Below are positions 41,101 to 51,050 of a stretch of DNA of 59,055 nt, one piece after another (positions within the stretch are counted from its first letter, which is position 1; each line of letters starts with the position of its first letter). The DNA is from a virus (lineage: Duplodnaviria > Caudoviricetes). The notes beneath the pieces were generated by a model. That model ran no database searches, was not told the DNA's origin, and saw nothing but the letters and a program-made list of their open reading frames with translations. The stretch lies in the IMG/VR virus record IMGVR_UViG_3300037961_006162, positions 1-59,055 of that record; one strand, 5' to 3'. A program made the position numbers and the translations under genes.

Positions 41101-41372
41101 CCTTTTCCTGCTTGTGGTTTTGTTTCTAATTTTTCTTCAGATTTATCTCTTCTCTTTTTACTTTGCTCTCTCTTGTCAAGATCAAGTGATTTCTTCTCTG
41201 ATGCAAGAGTTCCCTTTAAGATTTTTTCAATCTTAATTACATTTACTTTAACAGATGCAATATTCTTAACAGATTTTTGTGATAAAACAACTCCAGATGA
41301 TCCAGAAAGAACTAATTTTTGATTAGTTTCCGCTGTAGATTTGTTTAAAAGTTTGCTTGAAGTTATTGCCAT
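38190..41372 (-). CDS. Hub/tape-measure-like protein with GH73 glucosaminidase and NlpC/P60-like domains
   Basis: AAQFALESGWG, NNFFGIKA, GYATDPAY (GH73); GCARTT...KAGDIILW...HVGIA (Cys-His amidase). Confidence 0.72.
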   Translation of the reverse strand: MAITSSKLLNKSTAETNQKLVLSGSSGVVLSQKSVKNIASVKVNVIKIEKILKGTLASEKKSLDLDKREQSKKRRDKSEEKLETKPQAGKGKIKTPKLPRMGFLGWIKNFIGNIILGYFAIRLIKYLPKIKPLLKFLGNAADFVIDVGGKVLNGLVTFIDWGYKAIDFTKNALKTFGGENAAKTFDKFLGTVQTLVTVAIAASIATSSMGDSGGGLGDIITDFIGNKLKKKLAAKTLTSKLTGVAAKGTGLTVGTAAAIVGGVGLLASALGEGSFQVKKASQGFEKKVHEFGEGAKKDPNPITRTFKMATSAFVMPFLRFGNWMLNGIGVTLDILGAPFRYAIELIRYPFLSDEDKIKQAKNLAKFDARIRDGIREHFAGFLSPLLRLVGKKDWADGLDKKGSWGSLYGEKGTKGMGYRGGGSGGRTGPRRSVSKFRYKRKVVRKPGEVKFDNPGIDVGGESKILGLFSKPKSSGAGPLGTIKQTGKNLGKTDYFGPILAITAKILTGKKPERKDYENVGLGINQLISRGLSDGTLSGGLAAAFANGGMVDVQSIFATTEGGDITKWVGSTFEKSIKKSADKSLSDIAKEARKTGQSVNTSMLSDFSSASSGGSMGAVTGTNKEKWKAFYAMGQKAGAGYPELVAAQFALESGWGTKLAARNNFFGIKATASDTDVTVSRTREVINGKDVFLDERFKNFNEPQGAVNHLVTEWYKDYKGYKGVNNAPSALAAADQLRAEGYATDPAYAQALRRLLNQYSGITGSERDIGSIDVTSSSGGDIGDARLSGDGSPKAAKILAGAKKILGQENGVANGCARTTRSALAAGGLKEFGLTFKGGGGKTTKKGDLDIPVASSWTRGQEAAASFGGSDLGQIIRNKSQIKAGDIILWRQTTSSGKYNKHAITHVGIAANDGLTKQYDHSTRGGWQYRNHWDSYAGTNWFAGVRLMDEGGIINRMTPAILGESGKPEGVVGSKITQYLNEMAPGILPAIIGADSRQQLASVLQSINEYGFGPPDEVFVSADDVEEGDSFESDESSMAMAPMSFGGGSDDDPFEALYQGG

Positions 41373-41382
41373 TTGTTATACC

Positions 41383-44148
41383 TCAGAAAATACCAAAGAG
41401 TTTTTGTCTTTGTTTTCTATTTGCAGTACTAGCAGGACTAGTTGCACCAAAATTCGGAGTCTTTGGAGCTGCATTAGCACCCTGAGAATATCTAGACCTC
41501 TTAGAAGATGATTTTACAACTGTAACTTTTGGTTTAGGTTTAGGTGATGGAGTAATACTCGGAACTTTTGGTGGATCTTTTTTAATTTGTGCTGGTTGTT
41601 GATTTTCGGCTTGGCGTTTCATCTCTGCACTAGCACCACCGAACCATCCAGCCTTATCCCACCAAGGACGTTTTGCTTCAAGTGCTTTTTGATTTTTTAT
41701 CTCTGCCTGTTTTTTTCTTTCTTGTTCAGTTTTTTCTTGTTTCAACTTTTCATCAACTAATCTTTTTTGGGTTGGGCTAAGTTGTGCTGCAAACTTTTTG
41801 AGATCACCAAGTTCTGATAGTTCATCAATTTGTGCCTTTGATTTAAATCGTTTTGGATCTAATCCTCCACCCTCTTTCGCAGCATCATAACCAAATAATT
41901 TATTTCTAAGTGCAAGAATATATTGAGGAAGACCTCCACCCTCGGTAGCATCTTGCATTGGTCTCAAATCTAACTTTTTAGCAATTTGTCCAAGTGGAAT
42001 ATCAAGTGGGCCTAACTTTAACTTTTTATTTTCATCTTGGAAGGATGCTACTTGCTTTTCATATTGCCTTTGAGCATCTGATCCAGGTCCACCAAGATCA
42101 ACCTTTCCAGGATCAAATCCATAAGTATCCAAAAGATATCCTTTTCCTGTCTTTGGATCAACATAAAATCTTACACTACCTTGTTCTCTATATCTTGGAT
42201 CAGTCTTGTCAACTTTGGCATATGGATTAATAACATCACCACTCTTCAAAGTTCCTGCAGACATTTTTTGTTTCAAAATATCCATATATACTTTTTTACT
42301 TTCCTTACTCATCTTATTGAGTTGCATTTCACCAATATTATATGCACTCTCAATTCCAGACTTACCAGTAATCATAGCTTGAGCCGCTAGATCACCATAC
42401 TTTGCGTTTTCTTTTGATATTCCAATAGATTTTAAATAAGACTCAGTTTTCATCTTATTCAAGCTATTAACAAAAGGCAAATTTGGAAGCAAATCACTTA
42501 AAAAGTTTGTTGCTTGGTTTTTTGCTGCACCGGACAGTTGACCATCTTCGTTCAAATATCCACTTTTTACAAGTTTTTTTTGTATATCTCCAACAGCTTT
42601 TGAAATATCTTGAACTCTTGGATCTGATTTTAACTTTTTAAAAGTGTCTTGAATATAAGTTTGAACTCCACTTGCACTTTGAGTAATTTGATTTCCTAGA
42701 CCACCAAGAGTGCCTCCACCAAATTCTCTTGGTATTTTAATGCCTGAAATATTTGGCATTCTAAAGCCACCACCTCCACCCCAAGTACGTGGATCTTGTA
42801 GATTGATTCCTTGAGAACTAAAATAGTTGCCAATGTCTATTAATGCTTTTCTAGCATCACCAATATATCCACCACCAGCAGCATAAGTTGTTCCACTTAC
42901 AATCTTTGGTACGTTTGTTCCGCCACCAGCAGCATTCATTGCTTCTAGTGTGCCAACTCCATACTTATCAACAGCACCACGAGACATGACAAATTCGCCA
43001 TCACTCAACATGGCAGGAACTTTGTCTACACCCTTCTCGCCGCTGACAAAACCATTTGATTTGCCACCTCCAAGAAGCATTCCAAGAGGACCAAACATAG
43101 CGCCCATAGAAGCGCCACCCATCATACCTTTAAAATTAAATCCACCACCAGAGAATGAAGGAAAACGTGGTTTTACATAACCACCACCATTAAAGTTTTG
43201 TATTTTTGTTTGTCCGGCCTCTCCGCCACCACCATCACCTTTAAGAGCATTACCTATAGCTACAGTGCTACCAACAGCAAATAAAGTTTCTAATCCAGCA
43301 CCAAGAAGTTGTCCTTTCTTGCCGCCAAGAAATTTACTTACCTTAGATAACTTACCACCAACACGACCAATACCTGCTTTTACTGCAAGTTTAGTCGCCA
43401 ATGCACCAATTTTAATGGTACTCTTTATGAGTAAACCAACCAATCCCCTAGCAAACCTACCAAGAGACGTTCCAAATACAATATAAAGAGATAAAAGTTG
43501 AGGAGCCCAATCCTTAAAGAAACGTATGACTGAATTAAGTTTTTCTCTATTCTGAGGATTGCCGAACCATCGAATAATTTTAACTAATATTCTACCAAAA
43601 ATAATGGTTCCAATAAACTCAAGTATTCTATCAAGAATACTTTTAACAGGTTGTATAATTTTTTGTGCTGTATTAGCAATACCCTGAAATGCTTTTTCTA
43701 ATTTGCTTTCAGCAAGTGCTCTCTTTTCTTTCTCTTTTTTTCTTCTTTCGCTTTCAGCTTGTTTGGCAGAAAGTTTTTTCCTTCCTAGTAATATTTTTGC
43801 AATAGAATCTACTGATTTTGAAATTGTAGAAATATTTTCTTCTACATTTTTACCACTACCACCAGGTAATTTTGATCCAATATCTGCACCACTTATTCTA
43901 CCACTTTGAGTCTTAGATGTAGTTTTAAGACTCGTAATTTTTTTAGAATTAATATTTGACTTCTTTTCTATCTCACTAACACGACCAACAAGTTTTCTTG
44001 TGTGTCCAGCAAGACTACTTATATTCTTATGAATACTTGAAAGATTTTTTGAAGAACCCGTAAAAGTTCCTCTCCCAAATTTTTCAGCAGAGATGGATAT
44101 CTTTTTAAATTGTACGTCTAGGTCCTTTAAGTCCTTAGAAGTTTGCAT
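41383..44148 (-). CDS. Tape-measure/gp29-like hub protein
   Basis: Coiled-coil N-terminus, amphipathic helices, DKVPAMLSDGEFVM motif; downstream of gp51. Confidence 0.6.
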   Translation of the reverse strand: MQTSKDLKDLDVQFKKISISAEKFGRGTFTGSSKNLSSIHKNISSLAGHTRKLVGRVSEIEKKSNINSKKITSLKTTSKTQSGRISGADIGSKLPGGSGKNVEENISTISKSVDSIAKILLGRKKLSAKQAESERRKKEKEKRALAESKLEKAFQGIANTAQKIIQPVKSILDRILEFIGTIIFGRILVKIIRWFGNPQNREKLNSVIRFFKDWAPQLLSLYIVFGTSLGRFARGLVGLLIKSTIKIGALATKLAVKAGIGRVGGKLSKVSKFLGGKKGQLLGAGLETLFAVGSTVAIGNALKGDGGGGEAGQTKIQNFNGGGYVKPRFPSFSGGGFNFKGMMGGASMGAMFGPLGMLLGGGKSNGFVSGEKGVDKVPAMLSDGEFVMSRGAVDKYGVGTLEAMNAAGGGTNVPKIVSGTTYAAGGGYIGDARKALIDIGNYFSSQGINLQDPRTWGGGGGFRMPNISGIKIPREFGGGTLGGLGNQITQSASGVQTYIQDTFKKLKSDPRVQDISKAVGDIQKKLVKSGYLNEDGQLSGAAKNQATNFLSDLLPNLPFVNSLNKMKTESYLKSIGISKENAKYGDLAAQAMITGKSGIESAYNIGEMQLNKMSKESKKVYMDILKQKMSAGTLKSGDVINPYAKVDKTDPRYREQGSVRFYVDPKTGKGYLLDTYGFDPGKVDLGGPGSDAQRQYEKQVASFQDENKKLKLGPLDIPLGQIAKKLDLRPMQDATEGGGLPQYILALRNKLFGYDAAKEGGGLDPKRFKSKAQIDELSELGDLKKFAAQLSPTQKRLVDEKLKQEKTEQERKKQAEIKNQKALEAKRPWWDKAGWFGGASAEMKRQAENQQPAQIKKDPPKVPSITPSPKPKPKVTVVKSSSKRSRYSQGANAAPKTPNFGATSPASTANRKQRQKLFGIF

Positions 44149-44323
44149 TGCTCATCTGCTGCTGTTGATTTAACCGTTCTTCTTCAAGATGTTGCTGCAA
44201 TAAAGCAATATAAACATCTCTTTCCCATGGTATCATATTTTCTATCTCCCATAAAGAATATTTATGATACTGCATCAGGGAGAAATTGAGACGAAAATAA
44301 TTCTCAAGATCCATATGGACCAT
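44135..44323 (-). CDS. gp51: Baseplate hub assembly catalyst gp51-like
   Basis: NFSLMQYHKYSL.EIENMIPWERDVY; follows gp26. Confidence 0.75.
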   Translation of the reverse strand: MVHMDLENYFRLNFSLMQYHKYSLWEIENMIPWERDVYIALLQQHLEEERLNQQQQMSNANF

Positions 44324-44325
44324 GC

Positions 44326-45045
44326 TTATGCGAAAAAAGATGCTAAGCCCTCAAGAACAACCTCACTTTCAGTTTTTGTCTTTGGATTCTTAACTTTAAT
44401 TGTATGAGATAATTTTGGCATTGTCTCAAAAAATGTTTCAATATTTTTGAACTGAGAAGAGTTCATTGATTCAAGAAATTCATTAATTTCTTTTTTAGAA
44501 ACATCACTGGAAGTCCACACTTCTTCTTCAGTAAAAATCTTATCAATACAAGAACCAATCAATTCAAAGGATTGATCCATTGCGTTTTTGTTATCAAAGT
44601 CAAAATTATTTTTGATAAATTGATCAAGAGATGGATACTTCATTTCCATCATGATCTTATCATCAACCTTGATACGATTTGTATGTTCTTTACTTTTTTG
44701 AACTTCAATATCATCAAGATTGATTTTTACAGGAACCTGTGTCTCTCCATCATCTGGACAAATAATATTAACTTCAAGTTCTTCTCCAACAGATTTACCA
44801 CGAATATTCAAAAACAAAAATTCAATATCAAATGTTGGGAGGGTTTCAACTTTAATATTTTTAGTTAAAATACAATTTTTAATTACTGCCTTAATTGCTG
44901 TTGTAATTTGCTTATTGTCTTCACTCTCCAGTGCAATTACAAGAAGTTTTTCTTCTTTAACTAAAAACGGCCTATATCGAATTGTTTCTTCTGTCGATGG
45001 CAATTCAAGTTCATAAGTTGGTGTAGAAATTTTTGGTAAAGGCAT
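44326..45045 (-). CDS. gp26: Baseplate hub subunit gp26
   Basis: MPLPKI..PTYEL.LPS...YRPFLVKEEK...IRGKSVGE...LEGLASFF. Confidence 0.85.
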   Translation of the reverse strand: MPLPKISTPTYELELPSTEETIRYRPFLVKEEKLLVIALESEDNKQITTAIKAVIKNCILTKNIKVETLPTFDIEFLFLNIRGKSVGEELEVNIICPDDGETQVPVKINLDDIEVQKSKEHTNRIKVDDKIMMEMKYPSLDQFIKNNFDFDNKNAMDQSFELIGSCIDKIFTEEEVWTSSDVSKKEINEFLESMNSSQFKNIETFFETMPKLSHTIKVKNPKTKTESEVVLEGLASFFA

Positions 45046-45098
45046 AATGTCCTATAGTGTATTTCAGATGTGATTATTTAGATACTTAACCGGATGAT

Positions 45099-45965
45099 TT
45101 AATCAAACTGAGAAGCATGTTCTGGATCAAACTGTCCACTAAGTTTAGCTTGCATCGATCTAGCAAATTTCGTATGTTTGCTATCGGGACTTCCTGTATA
45201 TCCTGAAGCTCCCCAAGCAACTTGGTAAGCATCATCTTGATTGAAGAACTCTGAATTTGATGCAAAACCATCATTATATCCCGCTTGTTCTATTGGGGTT
45301 GATGGATTTCCTGGTGCTCCAGGATCAGCTACCTTATTTAAAACATATCTAATATATGCCATGGAAACAGTACATTTTAAAAGATTGGAAGATTCATAAG
45401 AAACAGGCATAGAAGATATGCTGATTGGATATGATTTCACAAAATCATATCTCAAGTATTGACCTTTACCATAACTACTTTTTTCAAATTTAGTGACATG
45501 CAATCCACTTGCAGAATATTCATCAATATACTGAAATCTATAAAAATAATTGTCATATGCTGATGTAATGTTTCCTCTTTCTGGTTGAGGTTTCTCTGAA
45601 GATTCTTGTGAAATAAACTTCATCCAAGTTTCAAAGACTCTAATTGGCAAATAAAAATCAGCATCAACATAAAAAGTTAAATCAATCCTATCATCATAGA
45701 TTCTTCTATATGCATGTTTTTCAGTGACCCCATGAAAATCACCAGTAACTTCAAGTGTTGCCAGGTTAGAACCTGGGAGTGTTGCATCACAACACATTAA
45801 GTTCAATCTATCAAGGTTGGTTGTTGTCAAATTAATTCCATTATCAGATAAAAACCCACCACTTGTTAGTTTTTTAGGAAGACCAATCCCAACCTCAAAA
45901 TGAGAAGTTGTTGCGGGATGTAATAGTGCAGATTTGATATCGGCTATGCGCTTTGGAGTAGGCAT
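45099..45965 (-). CDS. Tail-tube-fold protein (gp54-like tube initiator)
   Basis: LMCCDATLPG, LTFYVD, YPISISSMPVSY; synteny between gp26 and gp4. Confidence 0.65.
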   Translation of the reverse strand: MPTPKRIADIKSALLHPATTSHFEVGIGLPKKLTSGGFLSDNGINLTTTNLDRLNLMCCDATLPGSNLATLEVTGDFHGVTEKHAYRRIYDDRIDLTFYVDADFYLPIRVFETWMKFISQESSEKPQPERGNITSAYDNYFYRFQYIDEYSASGLHVTKFEKSSYGKGQYLRYDFVKSYPISISSMPVSYESSNLLKCTVSMAYIRYVLNKVADPGAPGNPSTPIEQAGYNDGFASNSEFFNQDDAYQVAWGASGYTGSPDSKHTKFARSMQAKLSGQFDPEHASQFD

Positions 45966-45966
45966 C

Positions 45967-45974
45967 TATAAATA
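45967..45974 (+). promoter_or_regulatory. T4 late promoter (TATAAATA)
   Basis: Exact consensus upstream of 45998. Confidence 0.75.
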
Positions 45975-45997
45975 GTTTTTGACCTTATATATTATGT

Positions 45998-46441
45998 ATG
46001 GCAGAAAGTATTAAAAGTAAATACCACCCATCATATCCCAGCAAATATAAAGGTGATTCAAATAATATTATATGCAGAAGTAGTTGGGAAAGAAAATTTT
46101 GTAGGTATTGTGACTTAAATGAGAATGTTCTTCAGTGGGGAAGTGAAGAATTTTATATCCCATATGTTTCACCTGTTGATAATCGTATTCATAAGTACTT
46201 TCCAGATTTTATCATGAAAGTCAAAGAAAGTACAGGAAGAATTAAGACATATGTAATTGAGGTTAAACCAAAAAAACAAACTGTACCACCTAAAAAACGA
46301 CAACGACAAACAAAATCATACCTATATGAATGCAAAACATATGCAGTCAATCAAGCAAAGTGGAAAGCTGCAGTTGAGTTTTGTGCGGACAGAAAAATCG
46401 AATTTAAAATAATCACGGAAGACGAACTAGGTATCAAATGA
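45998..46441 (+). CDS. gp4: Head completion nuclease gp4
   Basis: P.KYKGD..IICRSSWE...WGSEE...YFPDF...IEVKP...NQAKW. Confidence 0.85.
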   Translation: MAESIKSKYHPSYPSKYKGDSNNIICRSSWERKFCRYCDLNENVLQWGSEEFYIPYVSPVDNRIHKYFPDFIMKVKESTGRIKTYVIEVKPKKQTVPPKKRQRQTKSYLYECKTYAVNQAKWKAAVEFCADRKIEFKIITEDELGIK

Positions 46442-46788
46442 ATCGTATCGAACCCGTAAGATTTGACATTCAATCTGAGAAGAATATTGATGACAGAATG
46501 GAGTTAATCATGTATGCCTTGAATGATACTGTAGCACCAATTCCCGAAGAGGGAAACTTTTGTACCTTTAAATATTATGCAAAGACTCCTAACATCGAGT
46601 ATGACCAACACCCACTAGTTGCAGTAACTGAAGTACTTCGATGGGGATTTCGTGGTATAAATTTTCATCTTAGAAAGTATAGACAATACACTTGGGAAGA
46701 GTTGGGAACTCAGGTTTACGTTGTAGGAAAAGATGAACTTGATGATTTGTTATCACTAGATTATGAGAAACGTGTACTAAATAAGTAA
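46438..46788 (+). CDS. Short gp2-like (DNA end protector-related) protein
   Basis: F.Y.AKT...YDQHPLV...GFRGINFH; adjacent to gp4. Confidence 0.5.
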   Translation: MNRIEPVRFDIQSEKNIDDRMELIMYALNDTVAPIPEEGNFCTFKYYAKTPNIEYDQHPLVAVTEVLRWGFRGINFHLRKYRQYTWEELGTQVYVVGKDELDDLLSLDYEKRVLNK

Positions 46789-46804
46789 AAAAGAACCATA
46801 TCTA

Positions 46805-48133
46805 ATGGCATCTGCAACTAGCGGTATAAGCAAAATAAAAACATATACAGGAAACGCCCAACAGAGGCGTAGTGGTAAGGGTTCTAGTGTAACAAATCAT
46901 TATAAGACCCAAGTCACTACTCTTGCAGGTGGTGGTGTTAAGAGAGAAACCTTCAGAGTTGATGCAAATGGAGGAAATTCTGTAAAAATTTCAGAAGTTA
47001 CTACAGATAAAGATGGTAAGATTACTAACGATACAGTACTACCTGCGGCCTCAGCAATAGAAAAGAAATCATTAAAAGATCCAAACTCTAAATTGAGCAG
47101 AGAGGTAAAACAGCAAACTAAACAAGCTGGAGATCAAGCAAAGAAAAGTTCAATAGATGATACTACTGATGAGGCAATTGATAATGCAGGTGGTGGAGGT
47201 GGCAATGATGCAAAGACAGAAGAGGATGAAGATTCTACAACAGAAGCACCAGAATCAGATCTCAAAAGTCAGAATGAGGAAACAAGAGATGATTTTAGAA
47301 AGGATTTAATATATCCATTAACTTTAAATCCTGAGTTTCAAGATATTCTAAAAATTGATATGGTGAAATATAGTCCTAAAGCTATGGGTACAGGACAATT
47401 CGGAAATACTTTCCAGGATAGAAGAGCGATAACAGATGGTTCCAATAGTAATATAATAGGAACAGTAATGCTACCAATTCCTGCAGGCATTCAAGATCAG
47501 AATACTGCAAATTGGAACATGGATCAGATGGATCCAGTGAAATCTGCACTTGCTAATATAGCAAAAACAGGTATGACACAAGGTTTAGGTGCAGCTGTAG
47601 ATACTGCTGGCAATACAGCACAGTCTGCTGCAAACAATTCTGGTGAGGTTGAGGAGATGATCGTAGGAGGTCTAGTCAATCAAGCACTTGGAACACAAAA
47701 CTTTTTATCAAGAACTAAAGGTGCTGTTGTAAATCCCAACATGGAATTATTATTCCTGGGACCTCAACTAAGAAGTTTTGGTTTTTCATTTAAATTTTCT
47801 GCAAGAAGTGCTCCTGAATCTGATATGATAAGAGACATCATAAGATTTTTTAAACAAGGGATGTCTCCTATTAGATCAAAATCTAATTTATTTTTGAAGG
47901 CACCACATACATTTAGACTTACATATAAGAATCAAAACCAAGATCACATTTACTTAAATAGATTTAAAGAATGTGCATTAACAAATTGTGCTGTTCAATA
48001 TACACCAGAAGGTCAATACGCAACTTTCCATACAGGTGCAATGGTTTCTTACCAAGTCAACCTAACCTTCCAAGAACTTGAACCAATATTTAATGATGAT
48101 CATGGCAAAGCAGACGGCAACATAGGATACTAA
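46805..48133 (+). CDS. gp48: Baseplate tail-tube cap gp48
   Basis: LPIPAGIQD, NPNMELLF.GP.LR.F.F.F, CAL....V.YTP, L.FQELEP. Confidence 0.8.
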   Translation: MASATSGISKIKTYTGNAQQRRSGKGSSVTNHYKTQVTTLAGGGVKRETFRVDANGGNSVKISEVTTDKDGKITNDTVLPAASAIEKKSLKDPNSKLSREVKQQTKQAGDQAKKSSIDDTTDEAIDNAGGGGGNDAKTEEDEDSTTEAPESDLKSQNEETRDDFRKDLIYPLTLNPEFQDILKIDMVKYSPKAMGTGQFGNTFQDRRAITDGSNSNIIGTVMLPIPAGIQDQNTANWNMDQMDPVKSALANIAKTGMTQGLGAAVDTAGNTAQSAANNSGEVEEMIVGGLVNQALGTQNFLSRTKGAVVNPNMELLFLGPQLRSFGFSFKFSARSAPESDMIRDIIRFFKQGMSPIRSKSNLFLKAPHTFRLTYKNQNQDHIYLNRFKECALTNCAVQYTPEGQYATFHTGAMVSYQVNLTFQELEPIFNDDHGKADGNIGY

Positions 48134-48135
48134 AA

Positions 48136-48858
48136 ATGTCAAACTATTTCAGAAGACTTCCAGATTTCGAATACGTTAGCAGACTTCCCGATGCTAAAAT
48201 ATCAGACTACGTAAAAGTCAAAAATTTATTTAAAAAAGGTGCTCTAAGAGAAGACATCTTTCAGAATACAGTATTCTTTACCAAATATGATATCAAAGGT
48301 GATGATAGACCAGATAATGTTGCACAAGAAATTTACAATGATCCAACATTAGATTGGGTTGTTTTAGTATCAAATAATATTATTAACATTCAATCTGAAT
48401 GGCCTCTTCCACAAAATGTTTTTGACAGTCACCTTCTTGAAAAGTATGGGGATTATAATACTCTTTATAATGGAGTTCATCATTACGTAACAACAGAAGT
48501 TAAGGATTCTTCAGGAACAGTTATAATGCCAGCAGGAGTTAGAGTTCAATCACCATTTAGTTTCACATATCACGATCTTACTTTTGATACTTCACCACTT
48601 GAAGATGTACCAGAGGGTGAAATTGCAACACCTAAAGATGGATTTGTAATTGATACCGGAAACATTGCAGTTCCAGTAACAAACTATGAATATGAAGAAG
48701 AACTTGAAAATAAAAAAAGAAATATCTACATATTGAAACCAGAATATCTGAACATTGTCACCGATGACTTGGAAGAAATGATGACATATAAAAAAGGTTC
48801 CACTCAATATGTGAGTGAAACCCTTAAGCGTGCTGATAATATTAGACTTTATGAATAA
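48136..48858 (+). CDS. gp53: Baseplate wedge gp53
   Basis: YF..LP.FEY, RPDNVA..IY.D..LDWVVL..NNI, HHY.T.E, TNYEYE...KR.I. Confidence 0.85.
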   Translation: MSNYFRRLPDFEYVSRLPDAKISDYVKVKNLFKKGALREDIFQNTVFFTKYDIKGDDRPDNVAQEIYNDPTLDWVVLVSNNIINIQSEWPLPQNVFDSHLLEKYGDYNTLYNGVHHYVTTEVKDSSGTVIMPAGVRVQSPFSFTYHDLTFDTSPLEDVPEGEIATPKDGFVIDTGNIAVPVTNYEYEEELENKKRNIYILKPEYLNIVTDDLEEMMTYKKGSTQYVSETLKRADNIRLYE

Positions 48859-49806
48859 TCACTCTTCAGCCAAACGCTGGAAATATGAGAGTGCATCATC
48901 TTCATCTTCACTAGAATTAGATTTTGAAGAACTCAAACTGCTCAATTGCTGACTCAGTTCTTCAGGAAGTTCAGACTTCTGAGAACGTGAAGAGAAGTCG
49001 GGAGAATAAGAACCACGATCATTATCTTCATTAGCAGTCTCCTCATCAAAACGAGGACGTGAAGAAGTTTTTTGTCCAAGGACTGCCTTGAGACGAGTTT
49101 CAAGTTGCTCATAAGACTTGAACTGATCTGGAGCAGTGATAGCAGTCAGTGAATACTGCTTCTTCCAGATAGCTTCCATTGCATCGTCATCATCCAGAAG
49201 AGCACCAGGACGATCAAACTCAGAAGCATCATAGTTCCAGTAACCATCCTTCTTCTTCAGTTTCAGTTTGAAATTAGCACCTTGCCAGAAGTCGAAAGGA
49301 TTGATTGCCGTTTCATCTTCAAACTCAGGTTGCATTGCTTCCATGATCTTATCAAAGATCTTCTTACCGAACTTATAGAGGAAGACACGACCTTCATTCC
49401 CAGGATTAGCAGCATCCTTTACAACATAGATGTTGGCATAATAAGACAGTTTACGCTTCTGCTTACGAACAGTGTCCTTATCTGCATCGCTGCCACTGTT
49501 CCACAGTTCACGATTGTACTCACCAAGGGGATCTTTCTGACCAATCGTAGTCAGAGAATTTTCAATGTACCAACCACCAGGGCCTTGGAAGGCATGGGAG
49601 TACATCTTTGCCCAAGGAAGTTCTTCTCCATCAGGAGCAGGCAGGAAACGGATAACTGCATAACCATTACCAGACTTATCCATTTCTGGTTTCCAGAGAC
49701 GGTCATCACCACCGCCACCAGTATTGTTCATCTTCTCAACCTCCTTGACCAGTTTGGAAGTCAAGGAACCAAGAGAAGATTGCTTTTTAAGATTTGCGAA
49801 AGACAT
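48859..49806 (-). CDS. gp32: Single-stranded DNA-binding protein gp32
   Basis: DDRLWKP..DKSGNGYAVIRFLP, WYIENS, GANFKLK, acidic tail. Confidence 0.95.
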   Translation of the reverse strand: MSFANLKKQSSLGSLTSKLVKEVEKMNNTGGGGDDRLWKPEMDKSGNGYAVIRFLPAPDGEELPWAKMYSHAFQGPGGWYIENSLTTIGQKDPLGEYNRELWNSGSDADKDTVRKQKRKLSYYANIYVVKDAANPGNEGRVFLYKFGKKIFDKIMEAMQPEFEDETAINPFDFWQGANFKLKLKKKDGYWNYDASEFDRPGALLDDDDAMEAIWKKQYSLTAITAPDQFKSYEQLETRLKAVLGQKTSSRPRFDEETANEDNDRGSYSPDFSSRSQKSELPEELSQQLSSLSSSKSNSSEDEDDALSYFQRLAEE

Positions 49807-49851
49807 AGGATTTTTTTGGATTAATTGGATTTGGCTTGTGTGTACCCCAGT

Positions 49852-49880
49852 ATTCTACAGGTCAGAACCAGTCTTGTCAA
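49852..49880 (-). promoter_or_regulatory. sigma70-type promoter for gp32
   Basis: TTGACA-N17-TAGAAT. Confidence 0.75.
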
Positions 49881-50199
49881 TCTGATCCTTCATCACTTCA
49901 AGCATTTTTGACATGTTACTGAAGACAGTATTCATATCAGAATCGGGTGGAAGACCCATCATAGTTGCGGATTCGACAATGCGATCCTTCATCATCTTTG
50001 CTTCAGGATCGTCTGATAAACTCAGACGAGTATAAAGAATTCTCTGTTTATCAAGAAGTCTTTCCAACATACCTACATGAAACTTTTTCTCCTCTTTATT
50101 CATAGAGGGGAACTTGAAGACGTTACGATAAACATCTTCTTGCAACTCACTTATTTCCGTCATTTCTGCACGGACTACATCAGAATCGAAAAAACTCAT
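49855..50199 (-). CDS. DUF1825-like conserved cyanobacterial/cyanophage protein
   Basis: FFDSDVV...KQRILYTRLSLSDDPEA. Confidence 0.7.
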   Translation of the reverse strand: MSFFDSDVVRAEMTEISELQEDVYRNVFKFPSMNKEEKKFHVGMLERLLDKQRILYTRLSLSDDPEAKMMKDRIVESATMMGLPPDSDMNTVFSNMSKMLEVMKDQIDKTGSDL

Positions 50200-50789
50200 T
50201 TACTTAATACAACCTGTTTTAGGATTTTTTTATAGTGGAATACATCGATATTTAGGAATGGAGAATATTTTTTAATTCTCATACTGACGGTTTCCCACAC
50301 AGGATCACTTAATTTGTCATCAAAGTCCTGACGGAATCCAAGAATTTTATCAAGGATTACCATAGTTTCGGCAGATATCTCATCACTTAGATATTTTTTA
50401 AGAATGATTGGATGGCCTTTCTTTGGTGAAAATACTGTATCAATCTTTTGATTTGATAGGACACTTTCAACCTCTTCCTTAAAGATGTAAGAAAGTGATT
50501 GATTTCTTTTCTTCCATGACATATATCTACCCTCACCTTCTCTTACCATTTCTCCTATCCAAAGCTTACTTGGATCAGTGCAGGTGATAAAGTTAGATAC
50601 AAAAAACTCTACAACTTCCCTATCATCTTTATTTCTGGCTAATTTTTCAAACCAAAATCTATCCTTTCTTTTATAGAAAGATTGAACAGTTGCTCTACTC
50701 TTGCCACAGTATTTGTGATAATCATAACTGTCTTTAGTGAAGTGATTCTTTAAAGACAGGTAGCATTTATATGCATCAAAAGGCATCAT
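50196..50789 (-). CDS. gp59: Helicase loader gp59
   Basis: YLSLKNHF...YDYHKY.GK...F.KRKDR..F.KL; synteny. Confidence 0.85.
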   Translation of the reverse strand: MMPFDAYKCYLSLKNHFTKDSYDYHKYCGKSRATVQSFYKRKDRFWFEKLARNKDDREVVEFFVSNFITCTDPSKLWIGEMVREGEGRYMSWKKRNQSLSYIFKEEVESVLSNQKIDTVFSPKKGHPIILKKYLSDEISAETMVILDKILGFRQDFDDKLSDPVWETVSMRIKKYSPFLNIDVFHYKKILKQVVLSK

Positions 50790-50792
50790 TCA

Positions 50793-51050
50793 TTATAATG
50801 GTAGTTTTGCTCTTGAACTTCTCTTGAGAAAGTTTAATTCCATTGCTTCATATTTGATCTTTTCCTTTAAAGGTTTTGAGATCAATTTAGGAACTGATTC
50901 CAAATCAATTTTATTCTGCTCACAGAAGTAAACAATGGCATCAATATAACTCATACCATCAGTTTCATGAACAATTGATTCAATTTCCTGTGCAAACCGA
51001 GAAGGACAAAAGAATTTACTTTCTAATACTTTTTCTAGTTCATTCTCCAT
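50793..51050 (-). CDS. gp33: Late-transcription coactivator gp33
   Basis: FAQEIE..V.....YIDAI..FCE....LISKPLKEKI..EA..LNFL; start set at MENELEK. Confidence 0.85.
   Translation of the reverse strand: MENELEKVLESKFFCPSRFAQEIESIVHETDGMSYIDAIVYFCEQNKIDLESVPKLISKPLKEKIKYEAMELNFLKRSSRAKLPL

Noticed and set aside
1242-45016. Many 60-180 aa plus-strand ORFs antisense to structural genes (for example 4245..4640, 11188..11724, 17124..17528, 40864..41322)
   Set aside because: They are shadow frames produced by the codon bias of Gly/Thr/Ser-rich genes; no recognisable motifs.
45998-48858. Plus-strand block as a possible inversion or mobile element
   Set aside because: gp4, gp2-like, gp48 and gp53 opposite gp32 and gp26 is ordinary T4-like cyanophage synteny; no recombinase or flanking repeats seen.
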